DNA of 44,673 nt from Myxococcota bacterium (GTDB lineage: Bacteria > Myxococcota > XYA12-FULL-58-9 > JABJBS01), in assembly GCA_036339465.1 (NCBI GenBank), contig JAYZAY010000012.1, positions 1 through 44,673 on the forward strand, read 5' to 3'. A program made the translations under genes and the position numbers. Positions 29,908 to 39,296 of this stretch are shown here, one piece after another. The notes beneath the pieces were generated by a model. The model searched no databases. It was not told the DNA's origin and saw only the letters and a program-made list of their open reading frames with translations. Positions within the stretch are counted from its first letter, which is position 1. Each line of letters begins with the position of its first letter.

Positions 29908-31113
29908 ATGGCACGGGACAAGAGATCACGCAGCCATTGGATGGGCTCAGTAATGATCATCCTCCTTTTCTTCGTGGGCATATTGCTTGATGACACCGGC
30001 AATATCGCAGGAAGGGCCACGGGGGGAGATTCTGGCTGTGGCGATTCTGGTAGTTCAGACTCTTTCATTTGCACCGAGACGCGACCCTGTGGAGTTGGCA
30101 AAACCTGTCTAGGTGGGGCGTGTGTTGCAGAGAAGGACACTGAAAAAAGAACCTATGTTCAAGGCTTCGACCGTGAATTCATCAACTCGACATCCCCTCA
30201 CGTGGCCACCTTCGATTTCCCCAATGACCACAAAGATTATGAATCGGTAGTTCTTTATATGACCATCACTTGTCCCGGGGACCCTAGCAACTGTGACCCC
30301 AGGGAACGCACCGGAGAACTCAAGGTGGTCCACGAAGGAGGGGAGCATTTTGAGATTGCGCGATTCATCACACCTTACGATATCACCCGAAGTGGACCGG
30401 AAAGTTGTGAATGGGCCATTGACATAACACCCTACCAATCATTGCTCCGGGGACCGGTCACTTTGCGTTTGTTTATCCAAACATCCGCGGTAGGAGAACG
30501 GGGTTGGGTCATCTCCACTCGATTTGGATTTCTCAAGGGAAATCCCACCACCGTGCCTTATCGAGTCATCAATCTTTGGAATCACGCAAGCCTGCTTTAC
30601 GGAGATCCAGGCAACCCCATCGATAACCATCTACAACCCAAGCATGTTCCCCTAGACGACAACACCACCGGAGCAAGAGTAAGGGCGATTGTCACCGGCC
30701 ATGGACTGGGCAATACAGACAATGCCGCCGAATTCACCCGCCGTTGGCATCGGATCACAGCCGGTAGAGTCGAACACCAATGGACGCCGTGGCGCGACGA
30801 CTGTCGGCATAATACCTGTAGCCCCCAAGATGGGAATTGGACTCCAGATAGGGCCGGGTGGTGCCCAGGAGATTCAGTCCTTCCAATGGATATCGATCTC
30901 AGAACCACAATCACACCCGGTGGAATCATCATCGTGGATTACGACATCCAACCCTATGAGAACTGTTGCCGACCCGGAAACTCAAGCTGTGATCCGCAAA
31001 ACAGAGATTGTTGTATGTCCTTTGCCGGCAAGTGCAAATGGAATAACGACCGCCATACATCAGCGAATTGGCGTATCGCCTCACAACTTGTCCTTTATCG
31101 CAATGCCCGATGA
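29908..31113 (+). CDS. Peptide-N-glycosidase F-related protein, membrane-anchored or secreted
   Basis: Motifs CDP..R, FEIARFITPY, DITPYQSLLRG, TGHG, AEF and WRDDC..N....Q.GNW..DRAGWCPG. N-terminal hydrophobic segment and a small Cys-rich module. GGAG RBS. Confidence 0.88.
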   Translation: MARDKRSRSHWMGSVMIILLFFVGILLDDTGNIAGRATGGDSGCGDSGSSDSFICTETRPCGVGKTCLGGACVAEKDTEKRTYVQGFDREFINSTSPHVATFDFPNDHKDYESVVLYMTITCPGDPSNCDPRERTGELKVVHEGGEHFEIARFITPYDITRSGPESCEWAIDITPYQSLLRGPVTLRLFIQTSAVGERGWVISTRFGFLKGNPTTVPYRVINLWNHASLLYGDPGNPIDNHLQPKHVPLDDNTTGARVRAIVTGHGLGNTDNAAEFTRRWHRITAGRVEHQWTPWRDDCRHNTCSPQDGNWTPDRAGWCPGDSVLPMDIDLRTTITPGGIIIVDYDIQPYENCCRPGNSSCDPQNRDCCMSFAGKCKWNNDRHTSANWRIASQLVLYRNAR

Positions 31114-31172
31114 GCCATTGTGGGAATATAGACTTAAGGGCAGAAAAACCATGACCGGAAAACGTCAAAATT

Positions 31173-31505
31173 ATGAGCACTAAAAAAACTCGTTCTTGGG
31201 CACTCCAAGAGTTGGACCATTTGGGTCTTTTCGTTTCGCATGATTGCTCTCATCGTTGCTCCATACATGCATGTATGCGCACCTATGCACACATGTTACG
31301 ACCATGCAGCACTGACATAGAAACTAAGAGCGAAATCTTTTTGCATGGACATCGCGTTGTAGAGGCCTTTTTAACACAAGAAGCACCGTCAAAATCGGCG
31401 AAACCATCCTCAAGAATCCATCCCCAAAACATGGTGGTCCATGTGATGGGAATTTCTGTGCCCCAACACGAAGTTTGGCTGGAAAAGTTCAAAGGACAAA
31501 CTTAG
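31173..31505 (+). CDS. Possible small hypothetical protein
   Basis: A 110-aa ATG ORF co-oriented with its neighbours and followed by a small hairpin at ~31510-31527. No recognisable motif and no clear RBS. Confidence 0.25.
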   Translation: MSTKKTRSWALQELDHLGLFVSHDCSHRCSIHACMRTYAHMLRPCSTDIETKSEIFLHGHRVVEAFLTQEAPSKSAKPSSRIHPQNMVVHVMGISVPQHEVWLEKFKGQT

Positions 31506-31686
31506 GCCAAGCCGCGCAAAACGTGGCGGGAAATCCATCCTGGTGTCGCACATTTGCCTACCTTTTCTTCGATCATTGCCGCTCTTTTCGCCCAAAACGG
31601 ATACAATTCTTTACCCGCCCCCCAAAACATTCGATAAGCTTTTAAGGAGACTTACAATCGATAGGGGAATAGGGGACACAACATAG

Positions 31687-32121
31687 ATGAGTACAAAAGA
31701 TATCCAAGAGTTTTACAGCGCCATCCATAAATCACCGAACATCCAATCTGAACTCAAGAATCACGAGAAAGTAACACCTGAATATTTCTGTCAGCTCGCC
31801 GGTGATAATGGCTATAGCTTCTCCGTCGAGGAACTCGTGACAGAAGCAAACCGAGAAATTCAAGCAGCGCAAGATTTTAGAGAAAAGCTCGTCAAAGACG
31901 ACAATCTTCAAGCCAGTCTACGGGATGCAAATTGGATCCCGAAAGCAATTTGCGATGCCGCCCACGAGCACGGTTTCGATTTCCGTCCAGAGACCTTTAA
32001 TGCAGTCATCGATGCCCAGGACAAGCTCTCAGAGGTCGAAGTAGAATACACTTCCAATCGTTGGGGCAATACCAATCGCCTTTACGCAACCTTACCGGCC
32101 AACGTTCCCAGAAAGTGGTAA
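31687..32121 (+). CDS. Nif11-like leader peptide family protein with two tandem Nif11 domains (RiPP precursor-like)
   Basis: Domain 1: MS..DIQEF...I..SPNIQSELK...FCQLAGDNGYSFSVEEL. Domain 2: AAQDFREKLVKDDNLQASL...ICDAAHEHGFDF. These are followed by KLSEVEVE and a 24-aa tail. Purine-rich RBS. Confidence 0.8.
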   Translation: MSTKDIQEFYSAIHKSPNIQSELKNHEKVTPEYFCQLAGDNGYSFSVEELVTEANREIQAAQDFREKLVKDDNLQASLRDANWIPKAICDAAHEHGFDFRPETFNAVIDAQDKLSEVEVEYTSNRWGNTNRLYATLPANVPRKW

Positions 32122-32726
32122 TGGCTCCTCCAAGCTTTCGTGTCTGCAATTGAATCGTTCATTCCATCGCCGTTTATCCAGCACGGGGCTAGGAGATCAC
32201 ACCCCATCTTTGTGAACAAAATCTTAGTCGCCGGCTAAACCTAAGCGAGAATCAGCGATAAAGTTATTTCGTGAAAGTGGCGCGAAAGAGACAGGATAAG
32301 AGAAAACGGACCGTGCGGTCATCTTGCTTAAAATCGTAGACGCGACGTTTTCTCTGGCATCAAACCGCAATCACTCGGCGCTACGATGAAGCTAGGCACC
32401 TTTTCCTAGATACTTTTGCCTTTTCCAGACTTAACAGTCAGATTCTCAGGGCTTTCTCAATCGAGAAAATCGTGCCTCCCAAAACATCGACATCAGGGTT
32501 TTCCGCTTTCGCTTTTCGACTGCTGTAATCTAGCTACCTCACGAATGAAACAACCTAACGACGTGGGTTACACTTCTTTTATGCGTGATTGGTAAGAAGC
32601 TTATCTTCGTCAGATCCGGTGAAGGGGTAAAAATCCCAATCAAACACAAAACGGGCGATGTGCGATTGTGACATTGACTTAAAAAATAATTTCACTTCTT
32701 CAGTCCAAGCGCCCGGCGAAGACCGC

Positions 32727-32846
32727 GTTTGGGATGACTGGGTTTGGGATGACTGGGTTTGGGATGACTGGGTTTGGGATGACTGGGTTTGGGATGACTG
32801 GGTTTGGGGTGACTGGGTTTGGGATGACTGGGTTTGGTATAACTGA
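32727..32846. repeat. 15-bp tandem repeat (GTTTGGGATGACTGG), 7 copies plus 1 degenerate copy
   Basis: Units start at 32727, 32742, 32757, 32772, 32787, 32802 (one A>G), 32817 and 32832 (gtttggtataactga). Confidence 0.97.
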
Positions 32847-32973
32847 AGCTTTCCCCTTCAATTCAACACTATAACCATCCTGTAATCTAGCCCAAATAAT
32901 TCTCAAACCTAGACCCCGGCACAATTTCAGATTACCCTAATCATAATAACCAAAAGGCGATTAAAGGATTGAA

Positions 32974-34035
32974 ATGATTGGCATCACCGGAGCGACTGGC
33001 TTCATGGGCATGACCCATCTCGCGTATTTTATACGTAAGAATATCAAGGTTCGCATTTTGGTACGACCTTCGCACCCATGGGCTGAATCTCCCCCCGCAG
33101 GATGTCGTATCGTGGTGGGTGACCTTTCAGATAAAGAGTCGCTCAGATCCTTTGCGGATGGTCTATCTTCCTGCTTTCATTACGCCGCACGTGCAAATTT
33201 CAAGGGCGACCGAGATAAATTCAGGCAGGCCAATACAGAGGGAACCAAGAATCTTCTCGAAGCTTGTTTAGAAGTGGAAAGATTTGTGTTTTCATCCAGT
33301 CAAGCTGTCATTCTACGGGACGAAAATATCACAGAAGAAACAGAGTCACTGCCCTATCCCGACCAATTCATCGACCACTACGGCGAATCAAAAGCGGACG
33401 CCGAAAAACTCTGCCAACAACGCCACTCTGGTTCCAGCATTTTGCGACCTGGCTGGGTTTGGGGTGCGGGCGATACCACCAATTTGCCCACGCTTCTTAA
33501 GCCGGCCTTAAAAAAGAAAATGGCATTCATCGATGGCGGAAAGAATCACAGCGAAAGCACCCATATAATCAATTTTATTGACGCGGCGAACCGTGTTGTA
33601 AAACAAGACAAAACCCGTGGAAAAATCTATTTCGTGACCGATGATAGCCCCCATCAAACCCAACAATTCAGCAATGCCACCCTCGAGGCCTGCGGACTCC
33701 CAGCCTGCCACCGCACGGTATCCTCAAAACTGGTGAAACCCCTTCTGAAAATAGGCAACAACTTCGTTAGCAAAGCCATCAACCTGCCTTACTCATCGTT
33801 CATCTACCTTACCAAAGAACAGACCTTCTCCGATCAGGCTCTTCAACAGGATGTTGGATACGCCCATCCAATCTCCCAAAAGGAGGGATTACGAGATCTC
33901 GGAACATGGATTAAGGCAGTGGGCGGCGCTTCAACGGTATGCACCGGAAGACGCAGGGGAGAAGCCAAAGAACTGGTGGAACGTACCTGGGATTATCTCC
34001 TCCATAAATGTTCGCTTTTCGAAAAAATCGAGTAG
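32974..34035 (+). CDS. NAD-dependent epimerase/dehydratase, 3-beta-hydroxysteroid dehydrogenase-like extended SDR
   Basis: GITGATGFMG Rossmann motif, ANTEGTKNLLEAC, FVFSSS, E.LPYP, YGESK (YxxxK) and LRPGWVWGAGD. Confidence 0.9.
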   Translation: MIGITGATGFMGMTHLAYFIRKNIKVRILVRPSHPWAESPPAGCRIVVGDLSDKESLRSFADGLSSCFHYAARANFKGDRDKFRQANTEGTKNLLEACLEVERFVFSSSQAVILRDENITEETESLPYPDQFIDHYGESKADAEKLCQQRHSGSSILRPGWVWGAGDTTNLPTLLKPALKKKMAFIDGGKNHSESTHIINFIDAANRVVKQDKTRGKIYFVTDDSPHQTQQFSNATLEACGLPACHRTVSSKLVKPLLKIGNNFVSKAINLPYSSFIYLTKEQTFSDQALQQDVGYAHPISQKEGLRDLGTWIKAVGGASTVCTGRRRGEAKELVERTWDYLLHKCSLFEKIE

Positions 34036-34236
34036 GCATTCAACTGGATTCGACATTGAATCCCTAACCTAAAAGAAAAGCCAACATCCATAAAATCCAG
34101 CACTTATGGGATAGGTTTCAAACGATTGGATGCATGTCAAAATTTTTTCGCAAACATGGGCTATCCGACTTCGAGACCCGCATTTGAAATACGCCCGAAA
34201 ATTTAGTACTTCCCTGCACAAGTGATAGGAACCACA

Positions 34237-34845
34237 ATGCATAAAATCGTTAAACCTTTATTTTTATCGGTCTTTTTCGCTCCACTGCTCTTAAATTGTG
34301 GTGCACCGAGCCATCTGGCGGCCATCAATCCCCTAGTGGGAAAAAGGATGACCAATCTGTATCCACAAAGGCAAGGTGATCAAGAGATCAAGATTGCCCA
34401 TCATTCCACACGCTGGAAAGTCGGGGATAAAGTACAAATACGACGCTGGTATAGCTCATACCAAGCCCATGAAAGTTGTGGTGAAGGCAAACTCCAAAAC
34501 GAATGTGAAAAGCTCCAAGACGAATGTGAGGGGTTCAGCTGGATAAAAGGCACCGTCGCCTCCATCGACGGCCCCAACCTAAAGGTCGCCGTCATCAAGG
34601 CGCCCGCTTCAAGCCCTACGGGTCTTCACTCAGCATACCACGAAACCATTGGACCCACTGTGGATACCTTCGACCACAACTTTAAGGGTCGGTACAGTGA
34701 TTCCGATCTCGATGAAATCCTGAAGCCTAAAAACACTGAGGAAGCTTACGATTATTTAATCTCCAACGAAATAAGAAATCTCACCCTCGGAGATACCCCA
34801 CTGCCAATGATCGAGCCCGGGGAGTGGGACAAGTTCTGTCGCTGA
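34237..34845 (+). CDS. Hypothetical lipoprotein
   Basis: AGGA RBS and signal peptide MHKIVKPLFLSVFFAPLLLNC. Confidence 0.7.
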   Translation: MHKIVKPLFLSVFFAPLLLNCGAPSHLAAINPLVGKRMTNLYPQRQGDQEIKIAHHSTRWKVGDKVQIRRWYSSYQAHESCGEGKLQNECEKLQDECEGFSWIKGTVASIDGPNLKVAVIKAPASSPTGLHSAYHETIGPTVDTFDHNFKGRYSDSDLDEILKPKNTEEAYDYLISNEIRNLTLGDTPLPMIEPGEWDKFCR

Positions 34846-34964
34846 TACAATTGAGACTCAGCTCCGCCTTGTGCCCTAAAGATTGAATGGTTATTTGCGC
34901 ACTTATGCTCAGCTCATGCCCATGGGCTTAGCCCCATCTCGAGCACCACAGGAAAAACCAAGCG

Positions 34965-35768
34965 ATGAAAAAACCCGTTGCGGTGTCTATTGCAGGATCC
35001 GATCCCAGTGCTGGCGCGGGAATTCAGGCAGATCTACGTATGTTCTCAGCCCTTGGAGTCTATGGAACCACCGTCGTCACGGCCCTAACCGCACAGAACC
35101 CCGATCGAGTAACCGGCGTACTTGGCGTCGAGGCGGGATTTGTCCGTGCGCAAATCAATGCGCTTTTTGAGGCTCTCCCTATCGCAGCCATGAAAACTGG
35201 CATGCTCTGGTCCAGCGAAATCATCACAACCGTCGCCCACACGGCCCATGAAAATCCCGCCGTTGCGCTGGTGGTCGATCCTGTGATGATTGCTACCAGT
35301 GGCGCGCAGCTCGTCGCCCATAAGGCCATCGACACCTACAAGCGAGAGCTCCTTCCAAGATGCACCCTCATGACCCCCAATATCGATGAAGCCCAGGTTC
35401 TCCTCGGAGGTGAAACCATCGACGCCCAAAACCAAGAGGATGCAGCTCGGACGTTAGGCGAAACATTTGGATGTGCCGTCCTTCTCAAGGGTGGACACCT
35501 AACCGGAGACCCAATCGATCTTCTTTGGGAAGAAGGCCGAGTTCATTCCTGGAAGAAAAAACGACTCCACAGCGTGAATAGCCATGGCAGTGGATGCACA
35601 CTTTCTGCCGCGGTCACTGCCTTTCTCGCCCACGGACAAACCCTCCCAAAAGCCGTGCAGGCAGCCATTCAAACAGTCCATACGGCCCTCTTAAACCCGG
35701 TGACACCCGCACCCGGACTGCATCTGGCCGGGCTAGAAGAAACGAGCCCCAATCATTTCAAAGATTAA
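34965..35768 (+). CDS. thiD: Hydroxymethylpyrimidine/phosphomethylpyrimidine kinase
   Basis: Motifs IAGSDPSAGAGIQADL, TALTAQN, KTGML, VVDPVM, TPNIDEA, LLKGGH and HGSGCTLSAA. Confidence 0.96.
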   Translation: MKKPVAVSIAGSDPSAGAGIQADLRMFSALGVYGTTVVTALTAQNPDRVTGVLGVEAGFVRAQINALFEALPIAAMKTGMLWSSEIITTVAHTAHENPAVALVVDPVMIATSGAQLVAHKAIDTYKRELLPRCTLMTPNIDEAQVLLGGETIDAQNQEDAARTLGETFGCAVLLKGGHLTGDPIDLLWEEGRVHSWKKKRLHSVNSHGSGCTLSAAVTAFLAHGQTLPKAVQAAIQTVHTALLNPVTPAPGLHLAGLEETSPNHFKD

Positions 35769-35836
35769 AGACAGTGATACTCCACTCTAAGAGCGTGCAT
35801 ATTCAAGAAATCCGTTTCGCAAAGTGCTAAAGACAC

Positions 35837-35861
35837 GCATCATCTTGATGCACTCTTTTTG
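35837..35861 (+). terminator. Possible intrinsic terminator between the convergent thiD and DUF4336 genes
   Basis: gcatca-tct-tgatgc hairpin followed by actctttttg. Confidence 0.35.
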
Positions 35862-35929
35862 TAGGGTGCCGCATGCTGATTACGATAATACGTGAAGCAC
35901 CGATTGCCTTTGATTTATGATGTGAATGC

Positions 35930-36634
35930 CTATACCAAAAGCCACGGATAAGTTTTTCTCAAAGCGCCCTTAGGGTCATCATCCAACACGCAGTCACCAT
36001 GGGAAATAATCATCCGGTCAAAGTCCCAATTTAGAATTTGGGTCATCGCTTTCGATGCTAAGGGCTTATCTTTGTACCAAGTCCTAATGATTTTCGGAAA
36101 CGATGGATGCTGATAAGTCCCCATGAGTTTCAGGTAAATTCGCGTCAACCAGTGATCATGGCCAGTAAAATACTCGATCAAGTCACAGGTGACTAAAACC
36201 CTGGAAGGGCCATGGTAAAACACCGTTTCCTCAAATGCACTGCCACCAATAAAAACCGACTCCAAATGGCCATGCCACGCAGGCGGAAGCACAAAATCCC
36301 CATCGAGTTTGTGGTTGAAGCTCAGATCTTTACGTCTTCGGTAAAGTGAAGGCGCTCCAAATGACACAGCCTGGCCATAGGCAGCCATATAATCCCCGGC
36401 AAACATATGGTGAAATTGATTCGGACAAACAATCCACGCCACCTCCCCCAAAGCGTCCAATTCACGCTTTAATTCAGCAGTGAGTCGAATTGGCGAATGA
36501 AGCCAAAGCTTGTTACCACCCAACCGAATCACCGTCATGCGGGTGCCAATTTGAAGGAGTCCGAAGAACTTGAAGTCCCCATCGTGGGCAATAAAGATAT
36601 TCTCGGACAATTCTTGTATACCATTCATGCCCAT
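35930..36634 (-). CDS. DUF4336 domain protein (metallo-beta-lactamase-like fold)
   Basis: Motifs IGTRMTVIRL, LWLHSP, LGEVAWIVCPNQFHH, ETVFYHGPSRVLVTCDL and WDFDRMIISHG. GGAAAGGA RBS before ATG 36634. Confidence 0.9.
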   Translation of the reverse strand: MGMNGIQELSENIFIAHDGDFKFFGLLQIGTRMTVIRLGGNKLWLHSPIRLTAELKRELDALGEVAWIVCPNQFHHMFAGDYMAAYGQAVSFGAPSLYRRRKDLSFNHKLDGDFVLPPAWHGHLESVFIGGSAFEETVFYHGPSRVLVTCDLIEYFTGHDHWLTRIYLKLMGTYQHPSFPKIIRTWYKDKPLASKAMTQILNWDFDRMIISHGDCVLDDDPKGALRKTYPWLLV

Positions 36635-36956
36635 GTTTCCTTTCCACAGAGCCGCTTTCATCAAGCCACGGGCCCACCTAAGCAGCAAATTGGAGCGGGC
36701 ACCAGTCACACATTAGATCCATGGGACTTCATTTCCAACACCTACCCAAAAAAAGCATAGGCAACCCCTTCAACCCCATGGCATGGCCAAGAGCATAGAC
36801 AAATTTAGCCAGGCCGAAGCTCATAAGACCAAAGAAATTAAAGTAACCAATCAAGGTATCCTAAAAATGTAGAGTTATAGACTCGTCGCTGAAGAAAAAG
36901 GGCAACGCGAGGGCGTATCACAAGAAGAATCCCCGAAGCAAAAACAGAGTAGGGGA

Positions 36957-37970
36957 TTAAGAAACAACTTCGTGACGCATCTCTTGCCCTTTACCGGGAT
37001 AAGCCATGGCGCTGGTGGGACCTAACCCCGCAAAAATTCGGATCATGGCGATCAATTCAGCATAGAAATTCTTAGACGCAAACCCCCACGAATGTTTGTC
37101 GTAATTTTCAATGAGATCCACCAAATCGCGCGACCCCACCTTTTTCACCGCACGCTTCACACCATAGGCACCATGGTTGTAGCCTGTTACCGCCAGGGGC
37201 CAAGACTTCAGTAATCTATAATTGCGTTTCAAGAGTTTCGCTGCTGCCCGGGTGGACTTCAGTACATCCATCCTTTCATCCAACCGCCGCCCCACCTTAA
37301 GGCCCAGCTCACGGGCGGTGCGTGGCATCAATTGCCAAACCCCCGCCGCCCCCGCCGAGGAACGCGCCTTGGTATTAAACATGGACTCGACGAAGGTCAT
37401 CAAGGCAATTTCCTGGGGCAGCCCCTTGTCTTTGAGGGTCTTCTTAATCTTAGCCAACCAAGGCTTTGCCCGTTTCTTGCCGGCGTCGAAATGGTCGGCC
37501 ACCCCCCTCTGCGCTCTGACCCGCTTATGGGCTCCCAAAAGAATCTTCTTTCGATGCCCCAGGGTTGCCACCAAGGATTTTTCCCACTGGTTTTTCGGGG
37601 CATTGCCTCGGCTCAGGGATTTGAGCCCCTCCTGAAAGGCTTCTATAATCGCATCGGTTCGGTCTGAAATCCGCTTCCGCACTGCCTTTGTGCCATCGTC
37701 GGCAGGGATTTTATACACCCCCCAAACCACGTCCATATATTCTTTGTCATGAAGAATCAACGAGGTACTTTTGTAGGTGACAAAAACCTCTTGCCAAAAA
37801 GCCACCGCCGGTCGTAATTTGGGATCCAAAGGAAAAGCCTGACTGGGGCTTTTTAGCGATGCCGTTTCTAACAATCTACCTTGAAATTCTTCGGGTATCA
37901 CCCCCGCCCATACTGAAGTGGGAAGAGCCAACACCAAAACAAAACATACGCAACATTTTATCTGATTCAT
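36957..37970 (-). CDS. Lytic transglycosylase (SLT domain, MltD-like)
   Basis: Signal peptide. Motifs VESMFNTKARSSAGAAGVWQLMPRTA, DER.D...T.AAAK.L, WPLAVTGYNHG and GFASKNFYAE. Confidence 0.93.
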   Translation of the reverse strand: MNQIKCCVCFVLVLALPTSVWAGVIPEEFQGRLLETASLKSPSQAFPLDPKLRPAVAFWQEVFVTYKSTSLILHDKEYMDVVWGVYKIPADDGTKAVRKRISDRTDAIIEAFQEGLKSLSRGNAPKNQWEKSLVATLGHRKKILLGAHKRVRAQRGVADHFDAGKKRAKPWLAKIKKTLKDKGLPQEIALMTFVESMFNTKARSSAGAAGVWQLMPRTARELGLKVGRRLDERMDVLKSTRAAAKLLKRNYRLLKSWPLAVTGYNHGAYGVKRAVKKVGSRDLVDLIENYDKHSWGFASKNFYAELIAMIRIFAGLGPTSAMAYPGKGQEMRHEVVS

Positions 37971-38483
37971 TCCCAATGAATTTCCCCTTCTAAGTTTTAA
38001 TCCCACAGGTACACCAAAGAAACCACAGGTGCTTTGGGCAAATCAATAAAACGACGCTGCAAACTTACCAAAGCGCGCAACAAAGGCGCCTTTCTTATGC
38101 TAATGACGCCGACCAAAGAAAAATCTTCACAATACAGCTGGCTAAAATTGCAGTTCTTTTTCGCTCTGCCCTGTGAGCTAGGGCCACCTTTATGTTTGCC
38201 CATGCCGGCCAAGACCTATCACCCCTTGAGCTAAATATCGCCAAGGGAATCATCGCCTCGATTCCATTGGGAAATATCGCTCTTTCCCTCCGGCAACATC
38301 CCAGCGTATTTTTCAGCGCCCCTGTATTCTCTTGGTCGTCGATGGGGTGGTGCTTGGGTATCGGAGACAGAACCAAAATCGGTGACCTCACGCAGGACTT
38401 TCTCTATTGGCCTAAACCGCATTTGATTTGCATTCCACCTCCCTTTGACTAGGATACCCGCCAACCCCTAGTATGGAGCATTC

Positions 38484-39296
38484 ATGATGGCCCTGAAGGT
38501 CCAAGCACTGATTGAAACTTTGGAGAAATTAGTCTCGACCAAACTCGCAGCAGATTGGGACAACGTGGGACTTCTTATGGAAGGCCCCCCCGATAAAACC
38601 ATCGAGCGTATTCTTCTTTGTATCGACCTCAACCACGAAGTTCTCGATGAAGCACTCACCGCCAAGGCGGAAGCCATCATCGCCTATCACCCCCCTATCT
38701 TCTCCGGGCTTAAGCGCTTTAAACGTAGCGTACCCGGACAAAATCTTATTTTACGCTGCATTGAAGAAGGGCTCACGATTTGGTCGCCCCACACCGCACT
38801 AGATGCGATTCCTGGTGGCCTAGGAGACTGGCTCTTGGACGGCCTAGGGCCCATGAAAAATCGCGAAATCATTGAATCGTGTCCGCTTTGTCCTGAGGAC
38901 AAGACCACGGGTATGGGAAGGATGGGCCGCCTAAAAAACCCCGTCGACCTAGACACTCTGGTGAGCCGCGTAAAAGAGCATCTCAAACTGGAGCATGTAA
39001 GAGTAGCCCGCGCGACGCAACATCACAATGACGGCCAGATCAAACGGGTAGCGGTTTGTCCCGGCGCAGGTGGGGCACTATTCGGACAAGTTCGGGTCAC
39101 CAATCTCCTCCTCACTGGGGAAATGCGACACCATGATGTGTTGTCGCATTTAGGGAAGGGACGCTCGGTCATCCTCACAGACCACACCAATACCGAAAGG
39201 GGTTACCTGCCTATTTTTGCAGAAAGAGTAAGAGAAGCAACACAAGTAGAAGTGATGGTATCAAAAGTAGATTCGGACCCACTAAGCATCGTTTAG
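38484..39296 (+). CDS. Nif3/YbgI-like dinuclear metal centre protein
   Basis: Motifs WDNVGLL, IIAYHPPIF, SPHTALD, VAVCPGAG, TGEMRHH and HTNTERGYL. GGAG RBS. Confidence 0.95.
   Translation: MMALKVQALIETLEKLVSTKLAADWDNVGLLMEGPPDKTIERILLCIDLNHEVLDEALTAKAEAIIAYHPPIFSGLKRFKRSVPGQNLILRCIEEGLTIWSPHTALDAIPGGLGDWLLDGLGPMKNREIIESCPLCPEDKTTGMGRMGRLKNPVDLDTLVSRVKEHLKLEHVRVARATQHHNDGQIKRVAVCPGAGGALFGQVRVTNLLLTGEMRHHDVLSHLGKGRSVILTDHTNTERGYLPIFAERVREATQVEVMVSKVDSDPLSIV

Noticed and set aside
32727..32846. CRISPR array
   Set aside because: The 15-bp units are directly adjacent with no spacers, and there are no cas genes.
34846..34964. TPP riboswitch upstream of thiD
   Set aside because: The conserved GCUGAGA and CCUGA...AAU.C..GCG.AGG elements are not present.
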